Source of the DNA: Parvicellaceae bacterium | Lineage (GTDB): Bacteria > Bacteroidota > Bacteroidia > Flavobacteriales_D > Parvicellaceae | Reading direction: 5' to 3' | DNA: 64,000 nucleotides | Assembly: GCA_047639575.1 (NCBI GenBank) | Contig: JBLIOB010000001.1 | Span: 178-64,177, forward strand | Shown here: positions 28,459 to 37,434 of the stretch, one piece after another | Layout of the letters: every line of letters starts with the position of its first letter | Numbering within the stretch: position 1 is the first letter of the stretch | The notes under the pieces: model-generated | Database searches by the model: none | The model's input: the letters and a program-made list of their open reading frames with translations, nothing else | Told to the model about the DNA's origin: nothing | Position numbers and translations under genes: made by a program

Positions 28459-28579
28459 TAGCTGAGCACAAACTTAAGTGTTATTTAGAATCGTTCCAAA
28501 TAAAACATTGAACTTTATTAACAATGTTATTATAACCTGCCTGCAATTTACAATTCTTAGAAACATTAACTTCGAAGCA

Positions 28580-29626
28580 ATGAATTTCTTCTCTAATTTT
28601 TTCATAGCTATTATCCTCTCCGTTTCCTTTGCTGGCATCTCTCAAAACCTGCCTAAACTTTATAATTGTCCTTTAATTACAGAAGACATTAAAGTAGATG
28701 GAAACGACACTGAACTTAGTTGGTCTAGGGCTACTTGGACTCCCATATTTGTTGATATTGAAGGAGATTCTGCTAAAAAACCTTTTTTAGAAACCAAAGT
28801 GAAAATACTTTGGGATAGCACCTACCTATATGTCTTTGCTTCTTTAGCTGAACCAAACATTTGGGCAAGTTTAGAAAATCACGATGATATCGTTTATCGA
28901 GATAATGATATCGAAGTCTTTATTGATCCTGATGGAGACTCCCACAACTATATGGAGATTGAAGTGAATGCCCTCAATACCGTTTTAGATTTATTAATGG
29001 TTAAACCATATCGAAATGGTGGTCCGTTGATCATGGAATGGAATCCAGCAAAATTGAAAACAGCCGTTCATTTATATGGTACTTTAAATAACTCGTCTGA
29101 TACCGATTCCAGTTGGACCGTGGAAATGGCGATTCCGATGAGTGCCCTTTGTTTCAATAAACCAAAATCTTGGCCAGCTCCTGGGGATTACTGGAGAATC
29201 AATTTCTCTAGAGTTCATTACAGCTTGGTTAAAGCTGGAAATGGATATGAAAAAGCAAAAGGTAGTGATGGCAACTTGTTACCTGAATACAATTGGGTTT
29301 GGAGTCCACAGGGACAAATCAATATGCACATGCCAGAGCAATGGGGGTATTTACTTTTTAATTCCGTCAAAATGGATTTTACTGAGAAGTTACCTGTTGA
29401 CGCCAAAATAAGAGCTGTTTTACATAAAGAATATCAGGCTCAAAAATCAAGTTTAGTTTTAATTGGAACTTATAGAGGTACGACAACAAAAAAGGTGATG
29501 TTTGATAAACGTACATACGAACTCTCTACTAAAGTCACTGAAAATCACTTTGAAATAACCGCAAAGGGCAAAGAAAGAACTTGGCATCTTACCGATGATT
29601 CTAAACTATGGATAACCGGCAATTGA
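28580..29626 (+). CDS. Secreted carbohydrate-binding family 9-like (DOMON-like) protein
   Basis: The signal peptide starts at ATG 28580 (MNFFSNFFIAIILSVSFAG). Pattern WDSTYLYVFA...DNDIEVFIDPDGDSHNYMEIEVN is typical of CBM9-like domains. The ORF-track start (GTG 28478) is probably too far upstream. Confidence 0.5.
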   Translation: MNFFSNFFIAIILSVSFAGISQNLPKLYNCPLITEDIKVDGNDTELSWSRATWTPIFVDIEGDSAKKPFLETKVKILWDSTYLYVFASLAEPNIWASLENHDDIVYRDNDIEVFIDPDGDSHNYMEIEVNALNTVLDLLMVKPYRNGGPLIMEWNPAKLKTAVHLYGTLNNSSDTDSSWTVEMAIPMSALCFNKPKSWPAPGDYWRINFSRVHYSLVKAGNGYEKAKGSDGNLLPEYNWVWSPQGQINMHMPEQWGYLLFNSVKMDFTEKLPVDAKIRAVLHKEYQAQKSSLVLIGTYRGTTTKKVMFDKRTYELSTKVTENHFEITAKGKERTWHLTDDSKLWITGN

Positions 29627-29628
29627 AA

Positions 29629-30723
29629 ATGAAGTATTCATACTTATTAGCTTTTTGCTTTTTGATAATTGGATGTTCGGATCCAGTTGAACCGGATCTA
29701 CATGTTGTGGTAAACGAAGCTGATATTCTAAAGGAATCATTTCCAAACAAAAATTGGATGTGGGTTCGAAATGATGCTAAAGCTACTGACGAAGAGCTAA
29801 ATCAAAAATTCAAAAAACTAGTTGAACATGGATTTTCAGGAGTCCTAATTGCAGGAGATCATGAGCGAATGTTTCGTGCAGCGAAATCCGCAGGCCTCGA
29901 AACACATATTTGGATGTGGACCATGAATCGTGGTGATAAAGAAATCATGGACAATCATTCAGATTGGTATGCAATCAATAGGAAAGGAGAGTCTTGTCAT
30001 GACAAGCCGCCTTATGTTGGTTACTACCGATGGTTATGCCCAACTAAAAAGCCAGTAAGGAACTTTTTAAAAGAACAAGTCAAGCAATTAGTTGCTAAAG
30101 ACTATATAGATGGCATCCACCTAGATTATGTGCGCCATTGCGATGTGATTTTACCGCGTGCCCTTTGGGAAAAGTATGGATTGGTTCAAGACCATGAAAT
30201 GCCCGAATATGATTATTGTTATTGTGACGATTGTAAAAGTCATTATATGTCGGCTGATTACGGAGGTGCTAGATTCCTTAGTCCATCACTTGAAAAAGAC
30301 CCTCCTTCTAAACAAGAATGGGTTCAGTATCGATCAGATATGATAACAGAAGTAGTTAATGAATTAGCTGCAGTTTGCCATGCAGCTGGTAAGCCGATTT
30401 CGGCAGCTGTTTTCCCTACTCCTGCCATTGCTAAAAAATTGGTACGTCAAGATTGGTTGAAATGGGATTTGGACATGGTCTTCCCTATGGTCTATCATGT
30501 ATTCTATGAAGAAAAATTGAGTTGGGTGAATACCGCAACGAAAGAAGGAGTTGATAGCCTGAATGGAGCGATACCATATTATACTGGCCTTTATATGCCT
30601 GATTTAAAAACTGCTCCACAATTGGACACTGCGATCGTTAATGCGCTGACAGCCAAGGCGAATGGGTTCTGCCTTTTAGGCGAATTGACCAAGTCTCAAT
30701 GGGAAGTTTTAAGAAATCATTAA
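29629..30723 (+). CDS. Lipoprotein, glycoside-hydrolase-like family 10 (GHL10/DUF187-like)
   Basis: Lipobox LLAFCFLIIGCS after ATG 29629. IDGIHLDYVRH motif of a TIM-barrel GHL10-type protein. Confidence 0.45.
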   Translation: MKYSYLLAFCFLIIGCSDPVEPDLHVVVNEADILKESFPNKNWMWVRNDAKATDEELNQKFKKLVEHGFSGVLIAGDHERMFRAAKSAGLETHIWMWTMNRGDKEIMDNHSDWYAINRKGESCHDKPPYVGYYRWLCPTKKPVRNFLKEQVKQLVAKDYIDGIHLDYVRHCDVILPRALWEKYGLVQDHEMPEYDYCYCDDCKSHYMSADYGGARFLSPSLEKDPPSKQEWVQYRSDMITEVVNELAAVCHAAGKPISAAVFPTPAIAKKLVRQDWLKWDLDMVFPMVYHVFYEEKLSWVNTATKEGVDSLNGAIPYYTGLYMPDLKTAPQLDTAIVNALTAKANGFCLLGELTKSQWEVLRNH

Positions 30724-30750
30724 AATAAGTTTGCATTTTTTCATTAAGTC

Positions 30751-30781
30751 TTTGTGTGGATCAAAAATTCTACTACTTTTG
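30751..30781 (+). promoter_or_regulatory. Bacteroidota-type promoter (TTTG -33, TAnnTTTG -7) for tRNA-Asp
   Basis: TTTG at 30751-30754 and TACTTTTG at 30774-30781, spaced 19 nt. It lies about 85 nt upstream of the tRNA. Confidence 0.35.
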
Positions 30782-30865
30782 TCGTCCGCTTGCAACAATG
30801 GTTGTAAGAGGAAACAATTTCCACGAAGCTTAGCTGTTGCTAAGAGCTGAAAAGTTTGGAAAATT

Positions 30866-30942
30866 GGTCTGGTAGTTCAGTTGGTTAGAATACCTGCCTG
30901 TCACGCAGGGGGTCGCGGGTTCGAGTCCCGTCCAGACCGCCA
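30866..30942 (+). tRNA. tRNA-Asp (anticodon GTC), CCA encoded
   Basis: The cloverleaf can be drawn by hand. Acceptor GGTCTGG/CCAGACC, anticodon stem CCTGC/GCAGG with loop CTGTCAC, T-arm GCGGG-TTCGAGT-CCCGT, discriminator G, then CCA. Confidence 0.95.
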
Positions 30943-31022
30943 GTTCGCAAGAACAAAAAGTAAGTCTTTATGGCTGAAGACCTAGAGAAGCCCGAGGAGT
31001 ATCAAAATCCTCGGGCTTTTTG
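30925..31022. repeat. attL: 98-bp direct repeat (last 18 nt of tRNA-Asp plus trailer and terminator)
   Basis: Matches 48625..48722 at 95/98 positions, at an offset of exactly 17,700 bp. Mismatches are at 30968, 30977 and 31012. Confidence 0.9.
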
Positions 31023-31026
31023 TTTT
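30988..31026 (+). terminator. Intrinsic terminator after tRNA-Asp trailer
   Basis: AAGCCCGAGGA-GTATCAAAA-TCCTCGGGCTT followed by TTTTGTTTT. Confidence 0.75.
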
Positions 31027-31033
31027 CTATAAA

Positions 31034-31057
31034 GGGGTCAGTTTAGGGATCAGATTA
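31034..31057 (+). repeat. Tandem 12-mer GGGGTCAGTTTA-GGGATCAGATTA (candidate arm-type recombinase site, attL arm)
   Basis: Starts 12 nt inside attL. Near-identical to the tandem GGGATCAGATTA x2 at 48477..48500, in the same orientation. Confidence 0.5.
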
Positions 31058-31222
31058 AAAATTCAATCAGAAAAGCTTACGTCACAATCTATGTCCTTAG
31101 GACTTAACCATCGATCCAGCTTTATTCGATTCTGCATATTATTTAGTAAGTTAACTAACTTATTGTACGCGTGCTAAGTCAAATATTGGCTTTCATTACA
31201 TACCAAAAGAACAATCTCTCTT

Positions 31223-33481
31223 ATGGCAAATTATGATTTTCAAAGTCTATTATCTCCATTAGATTTTGAACACCTGGTTAAGGATTTATTGTCAGCTGAG
31301 CTTCAGATTGAGTTCACAACATTTGCCAGCGGTAAAGATGGTGGTGTGGATTTGAGGTATTCAAAAAATGGTGAGTCAAATATTATTATTCAATGCAAAC
31401 GGGTTAAATATATTGGGAAAAAAGTTCTTCAAAAAGAGGCTGATAAGGTTAAGGAGTTGAATCCGGACTTTTACTATTTCGTTACTTCATCTGATCTTAG
31501 TGTTGCCAAAACCGATCAAATAAAGGAGTTGTTTAAAAACTGGATTGATAGTGATGAATACATATATACTAGGGAAAAACTAAATAGTCTTATAGATAAG
31601 CATAAAGACATTCATCAAAAACATTACAAATTATGGTTGAATAGCTCGACTATTTTCAATTCGCTAATTAATAACCATCTGTATGAAAGAGCAAAATCCC
31701 TGATTAATAGCATTTCTTCCTCTTATAAATACTATGTTAAAAATGACAGTATAAAAGACGCTATTAATATTTTGAATGAGAGTCAGTTTTTAATTATTAG
31801 TGGTATACCTGGTATTGGAAAAACAACATTAGCAAAACTTCTGCTCTGGGAGTACTTACAAAAAGGGTTTGAAGTAGTCGAAATCAGAAAAGTTATTGAA
31901 GGTGAACAAATTTTAATTGAAGAATCAGAAGCAAAACAAGTTTTTTATTTTGATGACTTTTTAGGCGAGAATTTTTTAAAATATGATGTTATTGAAGGAC
32001 GTTCATATGATCTTGTACAATTTATTCAACGAATAATGAGCAGTAAAAACAAGATTCTAATAATGACCACAAGGGAATACATATTAAATCAGGCGAAAGA
32101 AAAATACGACAAACTGGATTCAAATGAACTAAATATTTATAAGTACACTCTAGACCTAGACAACTACACGAAGAGAATAAAAACACTGATTCTATATAAC
32201 CATTTATTCTACTCGAAAATTAATGAAGCGTACATAAATAATATTATTTCTTCGAAGGCTTACAAAAAGATAATAAATCACAAAAATTATAGTCCCCGTA
32301 TTATCGAACAGATGACCACAAGGCTTCATAATGTAGCTCCAGATGATTATTCTGACGTGTTTTTGAATAATTTAGATAATCCATTTGGGATTTGGGACAA
32401 AGCTTTTAAAGCCGAAATATCTGAAGGCTCAAAATACACTTTGTATATACTATTGTCCATTGGTAAAGCTATTTCACTTTCAGATTTAAAAAAATCTTTA
32501 ACCTATTTTCACCAGATATCTGCAAAGAAAAATTCACTCGACTTTAGAACATTAGATTTTAAAAATTATTTAAAAGAACTTGAAGGAAGCTTTATAAAAA
32601 TTGATGTTACGGACGACTTAAATCACTATGTAGATTTTCAAAATCCTTCAATTAAAGACTTTTTACTAGAAATAATTAAGTCAAATGATGAAATCGCATT
32701 GATGCTTTTGCAATCTGCTTTTTTCTTCAACCAGTTTGTTTATGTAGTGAATTATTTGACTGAAAAAAATAATGATTTGGTAGAAACTAAAAACATAATA
32801 AGCTCAGTTGTAATAAATCGGTTTGAAGAATTCGAAAATTCAAGTAGTTTTTTTAGTGGCTATGAATTTGAAAATGAAAGGCGTGATATTAATATCATTG
32901 AAAGTTTGTCTGAGTACATGCAACGACATACTAATGATGAGCTTCTCGAATTTCTAATAAGTAAATTTGAAAAATTGGAGATTAGTCAGCTTTATACATC
33001 TGAAGAACCAGGGTACATTATGTTTTATTCAACCTTCAAGGAACGCATATCAATACCATTTAATCAAATATTGAAGCAATTATTCGACAACATTAGTTGG
33101 TTCAGAAGCGTAAAAAATTTCCTTCTCCTAAAACCGATTTCTGAAAAAGAATTTTCAGCATTTATAGAAGATCACAAGGAGTCTGTTGATGTAAAGGTTA
33201 TCGATGCAATTAGAAACGATATAGAATATGCACGCTCCGAGTCTTCCTTGAATACGCTTATTAGTAACATTGAATCTGAAATTGATAATTTGAATTTAAT
33301 TTCCAAATTCAATTATTCAAAATTAAAAATAGAGATAACCGATAAAATTAAAAGCGTTGTAACTGATGAAGATGAAAACAACGAGTTTTTAGACCAAGAA
33401 ATTAATATTGAAGAGGAATTTAACATGGAAGAATCAAATTTTAACGAAGATGAATATTTCAAAATTGAAATGTTTGATTGA
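31223..33481 (+). CDS. Mrr-like restriction endonuclease domain fused to STAND-type P-loop NTPase
   Basis: 752 aa. N-terminus LDFEHLVKDLL...GKDGGVDL...IIIQCKR (PD-(D/E)xK Mrr_cat pattern). Walker A ISGIPGIGKTTLAKLL and Walker B VFYFDDFLG. About 450 aa helical C-terminal region with an acidic tail. Confidence 0.7.
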   Translation: MANYDFQSLLSPLDFEHLVKDLLSAELQIEFTTFASGKDGGVDLRYSKNGESNIIIQCKRVKYIGKKVLQKEADKVKELNPDFYYFVTSSDLSVAKTDQIKELFKNWIDSDEYIYTREKLNSLIDKHKDIHQKHYKLWLNSSTIFNSLINNHLYERAKSLINSISSSYKYYVKNDSIKDAINILNESQFLIISGIPGIGKTTLAKLLLWEYLQKGFEVVEIRKVIEGEQILIEESEAKQVFYFDDFLGENFLKYDVIEGRSYDLVQFIQRIMSSKNKILIMTTREYILNQAKEKYDKLDSNELNIYKYTLDLDNYTKRIKTLILYNHLFYSKINEAYINNIISSKAYKKIINHKNYSPRIIEQMTTRLHNVAPDDYSDVFLNNLDNPFGIWDKAFKAEISEGSKYTLYILLSIGKAISLSDLKKSLTYFHQISAKKNSLDFRTLDFKNYLKELEGSFIKIDVTDDLNHYVDFQNPSIKDFLLEIIKSNDEIALMLLQSAFFFNQFVYVVNYLTEKNNDLVETKNIISSVVINRFEEFENSSSFFSGYEFENERRDINIIESLSEYMQRHTNDELLEFLISKFEKLEISQLYTSEEPGYIMFYSTFKERISIPFNQILKQLFDNISWFRSVKNFLLLKPISEKEFSAFIEDHKESVDVKVIDAIRNDIEYARSESSLNTLISNIESEIDNLNLISKFNYSKLKIEITDKIKSVVTDEDENNEFLDQEINIEEEFNMEESNFNEDEYFKIEMFD

Positions 33482-33566
33482 ACAAAACTTTAACTACCAA
33501 ATAAGCGCTTTAAAAATATCAGTCATGAGCGTGAAAGAAAAATACATTTAAATAGTAAAATAAACG

Positions 33567-35339
33567 ATGGGGCATATAATAAGTAACATTCAAATAAAAA
33601 ACTTCAAATCTGTCAAAAACCAAGAATTTGATTTATCTGCTTTCTCACCTCTTATTGGATACAATAACGCTGGAAAATCAAACATTTTGGAAGCAATAAA
33701 ATGGGTTTTAAGAAAAACATCATTAAAAAAAGATAGTTTCAACGATATAACTCAACCAATAATAATGATTGGTAAAATCGAAGGAATCACAACCGACATA
33801 TTAGACAATATTGACCCAGTTCATAGAACCAGAATAGTACCATTTCTTAACAATGAAACATTAACCATAAAGAGAATTCAGACAAGTCCAAGTCAGTCTG
33901 CCGCTCAAATTCAATTGCAAGTTTTAGACCCTACCGATGGTACCACATGGCAAAACAATCCTACCGGAATAGATAATGCAATAAAAGATTTATTCCCAGA
34001 ACCTATTCACATAGGCGCAATGGAAAATTCCGAAGATGACATTTCAAAATCTAGCACTTCATCTACTATTGGCAAACTATTAGCAGAAATAATAGAACCA
34101 ATTGAGCTGCAATATGGCCAACAAGTAAATACAGCGCTGAATGGTCTTAAGGAAATTTTGGATGCCGAAGGAATTCAACGTGCACCAGAACTTACGACTT
34201 TTGACCAAGAAATAAATGAAAAATTGGAAGCCTTTTTCCCCGATATAAAAGTAAAAGTGCACATTCCAACACCAGAATTAAAAGAAGTTTTCAAAAAAGG
34301 AACAATTAAAGTATATGAAAACTTATTGCCAACACCTAAGGATGTCAGTCTGCTGGGTCATGGTGCACAACGGTCCATTCAAATGACACTTATTAGACAT
34401 TTAGCGGATTTAAAATTAATCAGTCAAGAAAATAGGACAACAACATTATTACTGATTGATGAACCTGAACTTTATTTGCATCCGCAAGCAATAGAAATAT
34501 TAAGAAATTCACTTAAGGTATTATCCAATCAAGGGTATCAGGTTATATTTTCAACGCATTCACCTTTTATGATTACTCAAAAAGATGTAGGAAATACGAT
34601 CCTAATTAGAAAAAATGACGCTCTAGGAACATATAAAAGAACAACTCTAAAAAGTGCCATTCCGATTGTGGAACAAGAAGCCTCACATCAACTTACCTTA
34701 TTATACTCTTTGAGTAATTCTAGTAACATTTTGTTTTCAGAAAAAGTAATACTTACAGAAGGTAAAACAGAAAACAAATTACTACCCATTATTATTGAAA
34801 AAGTTACTGGGAAAACAATTTTATATCATAAAGCAGCTTTAGTTAAGTTGGATGGTTCGGGAAACACTAAAAAAACAATGCGAGTCCTTACAACAATGGA
34901 CCTGCCAACCAAAGCAATCGTAGATTTAGATTTCGCTTTAAAAAACGGAATAAGAGAGGGTTATTTACAAGCAGACGATGCCGATATCATAAGCTGTCTT
35001 GCCGAAATAACAAACTTAGCCGCTGGAAATAATATTGCAATAGGCTCTGACGGTTGGCCAACAAGCAGTAATGGTTCAATCTCGGCCGCTGCGGGTTTTT
35101 CAATTTTAGCTCAATCCACAAATACAGAAGATAACATTATTAATATCTGTGCTAAGATGAAAGATCACAACATATGGGTCTGGAAGCACGGGACAATTGA
35201 GGATCAGCTCGATCTTGATGGAAAAAGTGAGGCTATTTGGGCAGCATTTAATGAGTCATTGGAGCAATCTGATTTAGAAACAATCTTGCCTGTAAAACAT
35301 CAAGATATTGAGGATTGTATTAACTGGCTATTAGATTAA
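33567..35339 (+). CDS. OLD-family nuclease (ABC-type ATPase + Toprim)
   Basis: 590 aa. IKNFKSVKNQEFDL...GYNNAGKSNILEAI (Walker A), LLLIDEPELYLHP (Walker B), FSTHSP. C-terminal Toprim VILTEGKTE, AIVDLDF, and terminal HGTIEDQL. Confidence 0.75.
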   Translation: MGHIISNIQIKNFKSVKNQEFDLSAFSPLIGYNNAGKSNILEAIKWVLRKTSLKKDSFNDITQPIIMIGKIEGITTDILDNIDPVHRTRIVPFLNNETLTIKRIQTSPSQSAAQIQLQVLDPTDGTTWQNNPTGIDNAIKDLFPEPIHIGAMENSEDDISKSSTSSTIGKLLAEIIEPIELQYGQQVNTALNGLKEILDAEGIQRAPELTTFDQEINEKLEAFFPDIKVKVHIPTPELKEVFKKGTIKVYENLLPTPKDVSLLGHGAQRSIQMTLIRHLADLKLISQENRTTTLLLIDEPELYLHPQAIEILRNSLKVLSNQGYQVIFSTHSPFMITQKDVGNTILIRKNDALGTYKRTTLKSAIPIVEQEASHQLTLLYSLSNSSNILFSEKVILTEGKTENKLLPIIIEKVTGKTILYHKAALVKLDGSGNTKKTMRVLTTMDLPTKAIVDLDFALKNGIREGYLQADDADIISCLAEITNLAAGNNIAIGSDGWPTSSNGSISAAAGFSILAQSTNTEDNIINICAKMKDHNIWVWKHGTIEDQLDLDGKSEAIWAAFNESLEQSDLETILPVKHQDIEDCINWLLD

Positions 35340-35374
35340 ACAAGTTTGTATTAATACAGGGGAAAATCACATAA

Positions 35375-36079
35375 ATGGCTATATCAGATAAATCAAGAAA
35401 AAACCTATGGGCTAAATCCGGAAATCGTTGTGCAATTTGCAAAACAGAATTATTTGCAAAAGATGAAAGTGAAAATGAGTTTAACATCGGTGAAGAATGC
35501 CATATAATAAGTAAAAAAGATACTGGCCCAAGACATAAAGAAGGCCTAAGTGATTACGATCATCATAGTAATTTATTATTACTGTGTCGTAATCATCATA
35601 AAGAAGTTGACGAACTAATGGATACGTTTACCGAAGATCTCCTTAATTACATAAAAATTAATCATGAAAATTGGGTGAGAAAATCTCTTTCTAAATCAAT
35701 AGAAGGGGAATCACCGGAAGAACCAGCTTTTTTAACCTCGATTAAAACCGGAGCCCAACTACTAAATACATTACGATCAACTTTAGCTACTTCCATCGAC
35801 TTTGATGAAGTGCGTACTCAAGAAGAGTCGGTGATCGTTGGAGGAGCAAGTCAAACTTTAACAGAGTATTTAGATATTCTAGAAATTGTGGAACCCGGGG
35901 ATATTCCAGGATTATCATTACAAATGAAAGAATTTATAGAATCTTTGGAATCAAAAGGGTTCTTGCTTTTCGGACAACGTCAAGTGAGATCAATTCAAGT
36001 TGGAAGCAAATCTGAAAAAATAGATGTTGCTAATTTTGCAATTAAAAGAATTGATAGTCCTGATATCATTGCTTTATGA
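35375..36079 (+). CDS. HNH endonuclease with unassigned C-terminal domain
   Basis: 234 aa. CAICKTEL...ECHIISKK...LLLLCRNHHKEVD is an HNH/zinc-finger core. The remaining 130 aa have no motif I recognise. Lies 35 nt after the OLD gene. Confidence 0.75.
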   Translation: MAISDKSRKNLWAKSGNRCAICKTELFAKDESENEFNIGEECHIISKKDTGPRHKEGLSDYDHHSNLLLLCRNHHKEVDELMDTFTEDLLNYIKINHENWVRKSLSKSIEGESPEEPAFLTSIKTGAQLLNTLRSTLATSIDFDEVRTQEESVIVGGASQTLTEYLDILEIVEPGDIPGLSLQMKEFIESLESKGFLLFGQRQVRSIQVGSKSEKIDVANFAIKRIDSPDIIAL

Positions 36080-36206
36080 CCATTTGCAATTAAGAAACGA
36101 AGTTTGTGCCAGTCTTGAACTCTGAAGACTCTATTTATCGTTAAGTAAGTACTTATTAAATAGATCTGTTGAACGCCCATTTTTTTTCACATTCAAATGA
36201 TCTATT

Positions 36207-37412
36207 ATGGTCATAGATTCGGATAAAATCCTATTTTTTATAATTCAATTTAAAAGCTTAATCATGAATCTTGACGACATATTAGGTAAAGTTGACAAAT
36301 CCTTTGATTGGGACAAAACAAAAAAACTCAACTTTGCAAAGGTCTTCGTAACATTCGTTAAAGTTCGAGCCGCCTACTTGGACCCAAAAAAACGTGCCCG
36401 AATCGACCTTGAATTTAATCGAAGCATAATTATAGAACTATTTCAATTCAAGCCAAATATTAAATTTTTAATCGGTGACTGCGAGGATCAAGCGGTTCTG
36501 TTAGATGTACGAAAACGAGAATCAATGCACTCTCGAAACGAGTTGTTTTTCAATACCGCCTCTGCCCCATTCCAAGAAGACTTTTCAGAGGCCGTGCTAT
36601 TTGTTTTTAAAAACTATGTAGACAAAATCAATAATACTTTTGATTTTAAACTGCTAACATCGTCAATTGATCAGCTAGCAACTGAGCTAAGAGACGAACT
36701 AATATCCACCCATTACGTCCTGGATTATTTTATCAAACTGAAGCTGGAAATTCTCGATGAAGAATTCCCTCGTTTTTTCGATCCATATTTAAAAACGAAT
36801 AAATGGTCGATTGATGACAAGGTCAAATTAGTGCAAAAATTAATTAGCGAATATCGAATAGCACTTCTGGAAGATCGGTTTATTAATCCGGTAGAAAACT
36901 TTATGGTGTTAGGATACCGATATAAGGTATCTAAAGCCACTTCAGACAAATATGTACTGGCAATTGTATCGTTGCTAAATGATAGACTAGTTGCTTGGGA
37001 CGAACCTAGAATTGAGCTTACATTGAATGACAAAGTAGATCCTAGAATCGAAACTAACTCTGATGAAAACGAGATTTACAGCTACTTTCAAAAACTTAGA
37101 AACAAAAACAAAAAAGGACAGGAGATCATGTCTGAAAAAGAGATTCGCTTATTTATCGGATCAGCATTCGTTAATTGTGAATATCAGAAACTTGAGAACA
37201 AATTAAAGCCTAAAACTACGCAGCAGGCATTAAGAAAATTGGTACACGGATTTTACTACGAGGATAGGAATACCCAAGCTAATAAGCAGAAAGAATATTG
37301 CTTATTACTTATCAATAGTTTTGAGCAGTTTAAATCTTACGATCGAGCTGATGGTGTAGATGATTTATCAAAAAAATTAGGCAATTCTGTGGAAGGACAT
37401 TATCCTTTTTGA
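36207..37412 (+). CDS. Hypothetical protein (no recognisable domain)
   Basis: 401-aa ORF (alternative start ATG 36264, MNLDDILG). Codon-consistent long ORF followed by a hairpin at 37435-37461. Confidence 0.5.
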   Translation: MVIDSDKILFFIIQFKSLIMNLDDILGKVDKSFDWDKTKKLNFAKVFVTFVKVRAAYLDPKKRARIDLEFNRSIIIELFQFKPNIKFLIGDCEDQAVLLDVRKRESMHSRNELFFNTASAPFQEDFSEAVLFVFKNYVDKINNTFDFKLLTSSIDQLATELRDELISTHYVLDYFIKLKLEILDEEFPRFFDPYLKTNKWSIDDKVKLVQKLISEYRIALLEDRFINPVENFMVLGYRYKVSKATSDKYVLAIVSLLNDRLVAWDEPRIELTLNDKVDPRIETNSDENEIYSYFQKLRNKNKKGQEIMSEKEIRLFIGSAFVNCEYQKLENKLKPKTTQQALRKLVHGFYYEDRNTQANKQKEYCLLLINSFEQFKSYDRADGVDDLSKKLGNSVEGHYPF

Positions 37413-37434
37413 CCAAGAATTGGTGTTTGTAACT

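Noticed and set aside
33567-35339. Calling the OLD-family gene GajA of a Gabija system.
   Set aside because: No UvrD/GajB-like helicase gene is adjacent. The downstream partner is an HNH nuclease, so the Gabija label is not supported. A fused PARIS or atypical Septu cannot be excluded without profile searches.
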